From contig CANAIR010000002.1 of assembly GCA_947361355.1 (NCBI GenBank), forward strand, positions 46,976 through 110,975: 64,000 nt of DNA, given 5' to 3'. The stretch comes from an uncultured Clostridium sp. (lineage in GTDB: Bacteria; Bacillota; Clostridia; TANB77; CAG-465). Position numbers and translations under genes: made by a program. The notes beneath the pieces were generated by a model. That model saw only the letters and a list, made by a program, of their open reading frames with translations, ran no database searches and had not been told where the DNA came from. Position 1 is the first letter of the stretch; every line of letters begins with the position of its first letter. This document shows, piece after piece, positions 19,480 to 28,127 of this stretch.

Positions 19480-21627
19480 TTGAAGGATAATTTAAGTATT
19501 ATTGTAACTATGCTTGTTTTTGTTATTTTGATAGTTATATTTCCATTATATAACTACTTTGAAAGACAAGATGATATGTCATATAATATTGTTTTAAAGT
19601 CTACGACAAACTTTGTAGATGAAGTTATAAATTGTGGTTATATAGATCAACAAATGTATGATAATTTTATTCAAAAATTATCAATAACAGGAAATTTATA
19701 TGATATCCAGTTAGAAGCCCATAAAAGAACGTATACTAAAGATCCATATAATATGCGCTTAGATACTTTTATTGAGCAGTATAATATTGATTATAATAAT
19801 GATATTTTTGATCAAGGTACTGGTGTTACTAAACAAAGTAATGTAAGTGTAGATAATAAAGTGTTAAAAAATGGCGTTTATTACCTAAATGTTGGAGATC
19901 AAATATATGTAAAATTGAAAAATAGTGGAACTACTATGGCTGGCGCAATATTTAATATAATAGTTCCAACTTCTAAGCAAGAAAGAGTTACAGTAAATTA
20001 TGGTGGAATTATAAAGAATAACGCATGGGAAAAACAAGATATTAGTAATTTGTTTCAAAAAGACATTTATACAGAAATATATGTAGATAAGGCAGTTACA
20101 CCTGGACTTACTAATAAAATTAATGATAGACCTACATATTCATTAAATGAAAGTAGTGAAATAAAAGTAGTAGTTAAAATATTAAATTACGAAAAATCCC
20201 AGGAATCAAATATAGCAAGTATTTTAAAAGACAATTTAAAAATAACAGGATTTGAATCTAAAAAAACAATATTGCCTACAAGTGTAATAAAAAGTGCAAG
20301 CTCACCAGAGTGGGTAGCAACATATAATGTAAATAGTATTTCATCTTCTGTTGAAGAATACTTTGGTGGAAATACATATAAAACATGTCAAGTAGAATTA
20401 GAACCTGATTTAATTCAAGGAAACTATTTTAAAAATAGTTTAACCTCATCTGATACATTTGTAATAAAGAAAAATAACACAGATACTGCTACACCTGATA
20501 TTACAGGTGCATATCTAAATGGTAGTTCTTCAGTTGTAAATAACATTGAAATTGGCAGTACTGTAATTTATTATTTGAATTATTATGATTCTACATTAAT
20601 TGCATCAGCAAATGAAATGAAAAACTATATATCAGCTACTAATTTTACTTATGATGACTTGGTTGTTCAACATGATAGTGGTTCCAAAAGATTTAAGCTT
20701 ACTTTTTCAAATGTAAGCGGTGAACCAGATGTTAGAATAAAAATAAATGTTGCAGGTGATTGGGCCCAATACTCACAAGGTGGTACAATAAAAAAAGTAG
20801 GGACACTTTCATCTCGTGAATCAACTCTTAAGTTTTTACCAAAAAATTATACAACACCTGGTATATATAAATTTGTTATACCTTCTGATGGTAGATATAG
20901 ATTAGAAGTTGTAGGTGCAAATGGTGGTGGAAATGCTAACTATTCCTCAAATAGGGGAAGTAGAGGCGGAAAAGGTGGAAGAACCGCTGGTACTATTGCA
21001 CTTACCAAAGGGCAAGTTTTATACATTGTTGTTGGTGGCTCAGGTAAGTCTGCAATTTCTGGCTCTGTTGGTACAGGTGGTTATAATGGTGGTGGAAACG
21101 GTACTAAATCATTAACTGATAACACAAAATTTGGTTTTGGTGGCGGTGGAGCTACTGATATAAGATTGTCAGATACTAATATCTCTAGTCCAATTGATGG
21201 CTTAAGCAAGAGAATTATTGTTGCTGGCGGAGGCGGAGGCGCTGACGATATTGATATTGATGGAACAACAAATTCTGGAGTACTTGGTAGTATAGATGAT
21301 GGTTCAGGAGGATTTGGAGCTGGAGGATTAAATAATGGTGGTTATGGTTTTGTTGATGGTTCAGTATCAGGTGGTGCTAAACCAGGAACAACAACATCAG
21401 GATTTAGTCTAGGAATAGGACAAAATGCTTCTTCTAGTAATGATGCTGGAGGTGGAGGCGGAGGCTATTATGGTGGCTTTGCATCTCCAACTTCGAATTC
21501 AAATTCAGGTGGAGCTGGTGGTTCGGGATACATAGCAGCAGGATTTATAGACATTGTAGGCGCTAATGGAGTAAATTCATCAACTATTGGAAATGGAAGT
21601 GCTTCTATAACATATATGGGAAAGTAA
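19480..21627 (+). CDS. Large pilin-like protein with a ~270-aa glycine-rich (polyglycine-motif) C-terminal domain; candidate tip/adhesin subunit
   Basis: TTG start after AAAGGTG. N-terminal hydrophobic helix and paralogy to the ORF at 17824. The C-terminal domain is full of spaced GGxGG/GGGGG motifs (GANGGGNAN, GGKGG, GFGGGGAT, AGGGGGADD, DAGGGGGGYYGG, SGGAGGSGY). Confidence 0.55.
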   Translation: MKDNLSIIVTMLVFVILIVIFPLYNYFERQDDMSYNIVLKSTTNFVDEVINCGYIDQQMYDNFIQKLSITGNLYDIQLEAHKRTYTKDPYNMRLDTFIEQYNIDYNNDIFDQGTGVTKQSNVSVDNKVLKNGVYYLNVGDQIYVKLKNSGTTMAGAIFNIIVPTSKQERVTVNYGGIIKNNAWEKQDISNLFQKDIYTEIYVDKAVTPGLTNKINDRPTYSLNESSEIKVVVKILNYEKSQESNIASILKDNLKITGFESKKTILPTSVIKSASSPEWVATYNVNSISSSVEEYFGGNTYKTCQVELEPDLIQGNYFKNSLTSSDTFVIKKNNTDTATPDITGAYLNGSSSVVNNIEIGSTVIYYLNYYDSTLIASANEMKNYISATNFTYDDLVVQHDSGSKRFKLTFSNVSGEPDVRIKINVAGDWAQYSQGGTIKKVGTLSSRESTLKFLPKNYTTPGIYKFVIPSDGRYRLEVVGANGGGNANYSSNRGSRGGKGGRTAGTIALTKGQVLYIVVGGSGKSAISGSVGTGGYNGGGNGTKSLTDNTKFGFGGGGATDIRLSDTNISSPIDGLSKRIIVAGGGGGADDIDIDGTTNSGVLGSIDDGSGGFGAGGLNNGGYGFVDGSVSGGAKPGTTTSGFSLGIGQNASSSNDAGGGGGGYYGGFASPTSNSNSGGAGGSGYIAAGFIDIVGANGVNSSTIGNGSASITYMGK

Positions 21628-21636
21628 GGTGAAAAT

Positions 21637-22878
21637 GTGAAAATAACAGATTTAGCTTTAGTATTTATTGGAATCATATTACCAATTATAATAGTAGTAT
21701 ATATAAATGTTTCTTTTACAATTAAAGCTCAAGAACAAGAAATGTACTATCAAAATATAATTGATATAGCAGCGCAAGATGCAGCAAATCAAATGAAGGA
21801 AGTCGAAAATGATGATTCAAATGTAGATTATGGATATTCTGGAGTAGATAACCAAAAAATAAGTGTTAATGCACAAATAGCTGTTGACACATTTTTAAAT
21901 AATTTATATAATAACTTTAATATAAAAGGTAATGAGGCGGCGCAAAAATATTTACAACTTTTTGTACCTGCAATTGCAATTATAGATTATGATGGTGTCC
22001 AAATATCATCAGTTGAATCCTCAAAAGATATGACAGATACAGAAGTACAAAGTGGAAAAATAAATACATATAATAGTGATTGGAGTGTTACAAAGCATGT
22101 ATTAAAACCAAAAAGATACTATACATATACTTATTCTATAATTAGAGAAGGTGGAGCAAGCGGAATTGAATATAAAATGGTAGATGGAATATCTTCTAAT
22201 CCAAATGCTGTTTCATATCATGAAATAGAATTTACTATGGATGATTATTTAACACATAGACAGTATGAAAAAAATGATACTAAAGAAAGCCAGCCAGAAA
22301 GTTTTTATTTAACAGATGGTAAGTATAATGATAGTCTTGTAAGTGGTATAAGAGCTAGTGAAGCGTCAAATGCAGCTTCATTTAAACAGGAAGTAATACA
22401 AAAACTTTCAAGTAAACGTGAAGATACAATTGCAAATACTTTAATAAAAGAAATGACATATGCAACAAATGCTAATAACTCATATGCTAGAAGTGCAGGA
22501 ATTACGTATAATTTCTCATTTCCAACAACAACACATGAAGAATTATATGGAACAATAAAAAATGTAGGATTTATGGCCTTTGTACAGGGGTTATCAGTTG
22601 GTACAAAATATTTGAACACAAAAGCATACGGACTAAATAACTTAGGTCTTGCAACAAGATACTATTTTACAATTCCTAATATAGATTCAAAATATAAGCT
22701 TAATTTATATCATAAAGATACAACTTGTCCAGAGTATGTGGTTTCTAAGGTAGATGATATATCACCTAGATATGCTATAACAAAACAACAAGCTGCATCA
22801 ATGAAAGTTGGATGTACAATTAATGATATAGAATTAACATTCCAAGGATTTTATCCTTGCCCTATATGTAGTCCATAA
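21637..22878 (+). CDS. N-terminally anchored protein with a Cys-rich C-terminus (CPEY…GCT…CPICSP); last gene of the pilus-like operon
   Basis: GTG start 5 nt after AAGGTG. Hydrophobic N-terminal helix. Four Cys residues lie in the last ~60 aa. Confidence 0.5.
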   Translation: MKITDLALVFIGIILPIIIVVYINVSFTIKAQEQEMYYQNIIDIAAQDAANQMKEVENDDSNVDYGYSGVDNQKISVNAQIAVDTFLNNLYNNFNIKGNEAAQKYLQLFVPAIAIIDYDGVQISSVESSKDMTDTEVQSGKINTYNSDWSVTKHVLKPKRYYTYTYSIIREGGASGIEYKMVDGISSNPNAVSYHEIEFTMDDYLTHRQYEKNDTKESQPESFYLTDGKYNDSLVSGIRASEASNAASFKQEVIQKLSSKREDTIANTLIKEMTYATNANNSYARSAGITYNFSFPTTTHEELYGTIKNVGFMAFVQGLSVGTKYLNTKAYGLNNLGLATRYYFTIPNIDSKYKLNLYHKDTTCPEYVVSKVDDISPRYAITKQQAASMKVGCTINDIELTFQGFYPCPICSP

Positions 22879-23140
22879 TATGTATAAATATATTAAAAGT
22901 AAAGGAGAGTATTTAATTACTCTTCTTCATTTTTATATAATTACTTGTTATTTAAGTATTAAAACTAAAAGGTAAGAAAATTCAAAATATAGGTTATATA
23001 TTATAAAAATAGAATAAAATATTAAATATAAGATGAAAATAAAATTAATTATATTGTAAAAAAAATAATTTTGATGTAAAATATAAATAGATTAATAAAA
23101 AAATATGTAAACAAGGGGAGAGAAAAGTATGATAAAACTA

Positions 23141-23164
23141 CACACACACACACACACACACACA
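23141..23164. repeat. (CA)12 dinucleotide microsatellite embedded in an RBS-preceded mini-ORF (23129..23185)
   Basis: Perfect CA x12 tract read directly from the sequence. AAGGGGAG RBS 8 nt before the ATG at 23129. The mini-ORF encodes MIKL(HT)4DAIYIK. Confidence 0.9.
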
Positions 23165-23413
23165 GATGCTATATACATAAAATAGTAGAAGATGATTATA
23201 CAAATTTTGTAAGAAATGTAAATAAGAATATATATATTAATCTAGTTAAAGAAACAGGATTTCTTTAACTAGGTTTGTTATGTAAAAAATGTATATGTAA
23301 AATGTTATATAGCTATATATAATAGTAAAAAATCAAAATAAAAAGTAATTTTTTTATTGCAATTTATATATATAAGAAGTATAATCAAAATATGATTAAA
23401 TTTTTGGTAAAGG

Positions 23414-24151
23414 ATGGTATATATGATAAGATTAGATAACTTAACAAAAAAGTTTGGTGATTTTGTAGCAGTTGATAATTTATCGCTTGATGTAAAAGAA
23501 GGGGAAATTATTGGATTACTTGGTGAAAATGGTGCAGGTAAAACTACTACTTTAAGAATGCTTGCAACAATGTTAAAACCAACATCAGGTTCTGCTTTAA
23601 TAGATGGATTTGATACAGTAAATCAAGATGAAAAGGTAAGAGAATCAATAGGAATTTTATTTGGTGGAGAAACTGGTTTATATGATAGGTTAACAGCAAG
23701 AGAAAATATAGAATATTTTGGAAAACTATATGATATGCCAAAGGATAAACTTGAAAATCAAATAAAAATAATTATTGAAGCACTTGATATGAAAGAATAT
23801 ATTGATAAAAGAGTTGCCAACTTTTCTAAAGGAATGAAGCAAAAAACAGCATTTGCAAGAGCTATTATTCATAATCCTAAAGTATTACTTTTAGATGAAC
23901 CAACATCTGGGCTTGATGTAACAGCCGCTGTTCAAGTACATGACTTTATAAAGTCATGTAAAAAAGAAGGAAAAACTATTGTTTTTTCATCTCACACAAT
24001 GGGAGAAGTAGAAAAACTTTGTGATAGAGTAGCAATAATACATAAAGGAAAATTAATTATAGTTGATACACTAGATAATTTAAGAAAAAAATATAATAAT
24101 GAAAATTTAGAAGAAATTTTCACAAGTTTAATAAATGGAGGTGAAAAGTAA
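23414..24151 (+). CDS. ABC transporter ATP-binding protein (NatA-like)
   Basis: Walker A GENGAGKTT, ABC signature LSKGMKQK, Walker B LLLDEPTSGLD. Confidence 0.9.
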   Translation: MVYMIRLDNLTKKFGDFVAVDNLSLDVKEGEIIGLLGENGAGKTTTLRMLATMLKPTSGSALIDGFDTVNQDEKVRESIGILFGGETGLYDRLTARENIEYFGKLYDMPKDKLENQIKIIIEALDMKEYIDKRVANFSKGMKQKTAFARAIIHNPKVLLLDEPTSGLDVTAAVQVHDFIKSCKKEGKTIVFSSHTMGEVEKLCDRVAIIHKGKLIIVDTLDNLRKKYNNENLEEIFTSLINGGEK

Positions 24152-25395
24152 TGAATTTTAAACATATATGGATTGTTTTTACAAAAGAGCTAAAAGATTC
24201 ATTTAGAGATAGAAAATCAGTGCTTAGTAATATATTATTACCTCTAATACTTATTCCAGTTATGTATTATTGTATGAATTTATTTATGAAATCAACAACT
24301 GATGAAGTAGAAAATAATATGAAGATTGCAATTTCTACTAATGAGAGTATAGAAGTAGCAAAAGAATTTACTAAACAAAATGTAATTGGAGAAGATAAAA
24401 TACAAATAATTGAATTTAGTTCAAATGAAGAAGCTAAAAATGCCCTAAATGTAGGAGATATAAATTGTATTTTAGTATATTCAGATGGATTTTTTGAAAA
24501 TATAGAAAAAGGTATAATTTCAAAAATTGAAATAGAGTATAATTCATTAAAAAGTGCTTCGGAGATGGGAGCTCAAGTTTTAAATTCAAAACTTATGGTA
24601 CTTAATCAAAGTTTAGCAACTCAAAAACTTATTAGTATGCAAATATCTCCTGAAATATTAAATTTAGTAAGTATTTCACAAATTGATACGTCAAAAGAAC
24701 TTGGAAATGATAATAATTCTTCAAGTCAAATGCTTATGATGATAATTCCAATGTATTTAGTAATAGTAATAGTTACAGCAGGTGTTCCACTTGCAATAGA
24801 TGTTTTAGCTGGAGAAAGAGAAAGAAATACATTTGAGGCTCTACTTTCGACAAAAGCTAATAGATTATCAATTTTACTTGGTAAATATCTTGCAATATTA
24901 GTATTTTCAATAATAGCTATTGTAATGTCATTTATTGGATTAATACTTGGAATAGTTTTAAATCCAGAAATGTTTTCTACTGGTGAAGAGGTTATGACAC
25001 TTGCAACAATATTTGAATCAATGAATGTTCCAGTAGGCGCACTTATATTAGCGCTTCTTTGTGCAATTACACTAGCAGTTGTATTTGCAGGAATACAAAT
25101 TGCTATAAGTACATGGGCTAAAACAGTTAAAGAGGCTCAAACATATTTATCATATATGTCTTTCCCAGCTATGATAATTGGGCTTTCAACAATGTTTATG
25201 GGTGCGGGAGATATGCAAGGTTTTATGGCATATATTCCAATATTTAATACAGTTGCATCTTTGAAAATGGTACTTGGTGGAGTAATAAATTATTCATTTT
25301 TAATTACAAGTGTTATTGTAAATATAATATTCATAGTAATAGTAATTTTCTTTATTATTCGTATGTTTAATAATGAAAAAATTGTAATAAAATAA
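24151..25395 (+). CDS. ABC-2 family permease (NatB-like)
   Basis: 414 aa with an N-terminal TM, a large extracytoplasmic loop and a C-terminal multi-TM bundle. Start overlaps the upstream stop. Confidence 0.75.
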   Translation: MNFKHIWIVFTKELKDSFRDRKSVLSNILLPLILIPVMYYCMNLFMKSTTDEVENNMKIAISTNESIEVAKEFTKQNVIGEDKIQIIEFSSNEEAKNALNVGDINCILVYSDGFFENIEKGIISKIEIEYNSLKSASEMGAQVLNSKLMVLNQSLATQKLISMQISPEILNLVSISQIDTSKELGNDNNSSSQMLMMIIPMYLVIVIVTAGVPLAIDVLAGERERNTFEALLSTKANRLSILLGKYLAILVFSIIAIVMSFIGLILGIVLNPEMFSTGEEVMTLATIFESMNVPVGALILALLCAITLAVVFAGIQIAISTWAKTVKEAQTYLSYMSFPAMIIGLSTMFMGAGDMQGFMAYIPIFNTVASLKMVLGGVINYSFLITSVIVNIIFIVIVIFFIIRMFNNEKIVIK

Positions 25396-25412
25396 AAATA
25401 TAAAAATATAAA

Positions 25413-25450
25413 AAATCGAAACTAAAAGATATGTTAGTTTCGATTTTTTT
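25413..25450 (+). terminator. Rho-independent terminator
   Basis: AATCGAAACTAA…TTAGTTTCGATT stem followed by a T-run. Confidence 0.65.
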
Positions 25451-25585
25451 GTTATGAATTTTTAGTAATATATATTATTTTTTCTTTTTACTTTTTTATT
25501 CAAATTATAAAAATTTTAATTTTTATGGACAAACAGTAATATTATAATTAAAAGTGAATATATATAATACTATGGGTGATGATAT

Positions 25586-26614
25586 TTGAGAAAATATAAT
25601 TTTTTATTCTATAATTTTATGTGTTTTTTAATCATAATTACAATTGCCCTTTTTATAATAAATTTGTTAAGTGAAATAGGTAATAATAAAAAAGAAGAAG
25701 AAAAAGTATTAGAGCAAAAAGAAGAAAAACATACAATAGAATATAAAGCTAATGAGACTATAAGAATAAAGTTTTCAAAAACAGGGGAAATAGTAGCTAT
25801 GGATATGAATGATTATCTAAGAGGAGTAGTTCCATCTGAAATGTCTCCAAGTTATGAAATAGAAGCATTAAAAGCGCAAGCATTGGTAGCTAGAACATAC
25901 ACATATAAAAAAATAAGTGGAGGTGGCGAAGGTCAAGGCGCTGATATGTGTGATAATTTTGCTCATTGTCAAGCTTTTTATACAAAAGAAAAGTTATTTG
26001 AAATTTGGAGTAGAAAAGGTTATGACGAAAAAACTATTTTTGAATTTTGGGATAAAGTAAATGAGGCAATTGTTTCTACACAAAATGAAATTATAACATA
26101 TAATGGTGAATGTATAAAAGCTTTTTTTCATGCTAGTAGTCCACAAAAAACTGAAGATATAAGTCAAATATGGGGTGGAGAGACTTTACCGTATTTAAAA
26201 TCAGTTGAAAATATTGAGGACGAAGGTTACGTAAATAGGACTAGTAAAGTTGAAATTTCATTTGAGGATTTTTTGAATAAATTAAAAGAAAATAATAAAG
26301 AATTTAATGAGGTAACTAATGAAAATATAAAAGATACTAAAATAAGTGATTATACAATAAGTGGAAGAGTAAAAAATATTGAGGTATCAGGAATTAAAGT
26401 TAATGCTGAGAAGCTTAGAACTATGTATGGTCTTAAATCTACAAATTTTACAATAGAAATAATAGATAATAAGATCATATTTAATGTAATAGGCTATGGT
26501 CATGGAGTTGGTCTTAGTCAAGTAGGCGCAAATTATTATGCAAAAAGTGGAATGAAATATGATGAAATTATAAAACATTATTATACAGGTGTTGAAATAA
26601 AAAAATTAAATTAA
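25586..26614 (+). CDS. spoIID: Stage II sporulation protein D (SpoIID lytic transglycosylase)
   Basis: SpoIID-family signature (…LRGVVPSEM…EALKAQALVARTYTY…). Synteny spoIID-spoIIQ-spoIIID-mbl as in Clostridia. TTG start. Confidence 0.85.
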   Translation: MRKYNFLFYNFMCFLIIITIALFIINLLSEIGNNKKEEEKVLEQKEEKHTIEYKANETIRIKFSKTGEIVAMDMNDYLRGVVPSEMSPSYEIEALKAQALVARTYTYKKISGGGEGQGADMCDNFAHCQAFYTKEKLFEIWSRKGYDEKTIFEFWDKVNEAIVSTQNEIITYNGECIKAFFHASSPQKTEDISQIWGGETLPYLKSVENIEDEGYVNRTSKVEISFEDFLNKLKENNKEFNEVTNENIKDTKISDYTISGRVKNIEVSGIKVNAEKLRTMYGLKSTNFTIEIIDNKIIFNVIGYGHGVGLSQVGANYYAKSGMKYDEIIKHYYTGVEIKKLN

Positions 26615-26635
26615 ACAAATGAAAAGGAGAATTGT

Positions 26636-26893
26636 ATGAAAATTAGATTCAATAATATTATAAAAAATAAAGAGGCATTAAAAAAAGATAGATTAAATGG
26701 TGAAATGAGTAAAAAAGAATATATTAAAGAAAAATCTTCAAATAATAATACAAAAAAGAATAAAGAAATAATAAATAGAAACGTTTTGAAAGAAGAAAAA
26801 CAAAGGAATATATCTGATACTTATGTAACACCAATATTTAAAGTATATAAAAATGGACGGAGACATTATAAAATATGTACCAAATGTTGTTAA
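26636..26893 (+). CDS. Small Lys-rich ORF with strong RBS, overlapping the start of the M23 peptidase gene; possibly the true 5' end of the spoIIQ-like gene (frameshift)
   Basis: AAAAGGAGA RBS; overlaps the next ORF by 41 nt in a different frame. Confidence 0.3.
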   Translation: MKIRFNNIIKNKEALKKDRLNGEMSKKEYIKEKSSNNNTKKNKEIINRNVLKEEKQRNISDTYVTPIFKVYKNGRRHYKICTKCC

Positions 26894-27716
26894 AGATAAA
26901 AAACAAAATGAAGATAGCAAAAATGAAGAAGTAAAAATTGAAAACCAAATTAAAGAAATCGATGATAGTAAATACAATAAAAAAGTAAATTCAAACAATG
27001 AAAAAAAAGTACCAAAAAGTTCATTTTTCCTATTTTTTTTAATGGTACTGCTTGCAGTTTCTAGTGTAATGTTTGCATATAAAAATTACAAAAATTTAAA
27101 TCAAGAAAGTTATTCTGTATATAGTAGTATTGATGAAGATAATGTAAAGAATGAAAATAAGACAGAAGAAGAACAAAGTGCTCAGTCTAATAATAAAGAT
27201 GTAATTCAAAAACAAGAAAATCAAAATCAAGTAGAAAAAGCTAACCAAAAAAGCAAAAGTGCAACTAATATTAAAAATCCTACTAAGACACAAACGCCCA
27301 AAATTATACCATTAAATTTTGTAAAACCAATTGATGGTGAAGTACAAAAGATATATTCAAAAGATAAAGTTATATATTCAAAGACTTTAGAACTTTGGAA
27401 AACACACGAGGGAATAGATATAAAAGCTAATGAAAATGCTATTGTAAAATCTATTGAAAAAGGTACAGTAGAAAAAATATATGATGATTCTTTTTATGGA
27501 AAAACTGTAGTAATAGATCATGGTCAAGGATACAAAAGTAGTTATTCAAATTTAAGTGAAGATATTTTTGTAAAAGAAAAGCAAGTTATAACAAAACTTA
27601 CTAAAATAGGAAAGATTGGAAAAACAGCAATAGGAGAGATAAAAGATGATTCACATTTACATTTTGCACTTATGAAAAATAATGTAATTATTGATCCAAG
27701 TAGTATATTTAAATAA
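26853..27716 (+). CDS. spoIIQ: M23/LytM-family peptidase, SpoIIQ-like (TM anchor + LytM domain with intact HxxxD and HxH)
   Basis: HEGIDIKA and HLHF motifs, with a TM segment before the LytM domain. Positioned between spoIID and spoIIID. The annotated ATG has no RBS. Confidence 0.65.
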   Translation: MDGDIIKYVPNVVKDKKQNEDSKNEEVKIENQIKEIDDSKYNKKVNSNNEKKVPKSSFFLFFLMVLLAVSSVMFAYKNYKNLNQESYSVYSSIDEDNVKNENKTEEEQSAQSNNKDVIQKQENQNQVEKANQKSKSATNIKNPTKTQTPKIIPLNFVKPIDGEVQKIYSKDKVIYSKTLELWKTHEGIDIKANENAIVKSIEKGTVEKIYDDSFYGKTVVIDHGQGYKSSYSNLSEDIFVKEKQVITKLTKIGKIGKTAIGEIKDDSHLHFALMKNNVIIDPSSIFK

Positions 27717-27792
27717 TTTTGTCAAATAATAATAGTAATATATTTATAAAAAATGAATATTATGTATTATAAGGTAAAAAGGGGAGATTAAT

Positions 27793-28047
27793 TTGTTAGA
27801 TATAGATGAAAGAGCAAAAGTGCTTGCAACATATATTATTGAGACAAAAAGTACAGTTAGACAAACAGCAAGAAAGTTTAATATAAGTAAGTCTACTGTG
27901 CATAAAGATATTTCAGAAAGATTACAAAAAGTTAATCCTTCTCTTGCTAGCGAAGCTAAGAAAGTTTTAGAAATAAATAAAGCTCAAAGGCATATAAGAG
28001 GTGGGCTTGCGACTAAGATGAAGTATCAAAAAATAAAAGTAGATTAA
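27793..28047 (+). CDS. spoIIID: Stage III sporulation protein D (HTH transcription factor)
   Basis: Close match to B. subtilis SpoIIID (…KSTVRQTARKFNISKSTVHKDISERL…HIRGGLATKMKY…). TTG start after GGGGAG. Confidence 0.85.
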   Translation: MLDIDERAKVLATYIIETKSTVRQTARKFNISKSTVHKDISERLQKVNPSLASEAKKVLEINKAQRHIRGGLATKMKYQKIKVD

Positions 28048-28127
28048 AATAATAAAGTTTTACAAATTATATTGCAATTGAAATGAAAATGTAATATAAT
28101 TGTAACAGAAAAACGGGAGGATAAAAA

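Noticed and set aside
20915-21677. Small ORFs inside or antisense to the glycine-rich gene (20915..21115 +, 21468..21677 -)
   Set aside because: They are artifacts of the GGN-rich codons within the 19480..21627 gene. They have no RBS and are fully nested.
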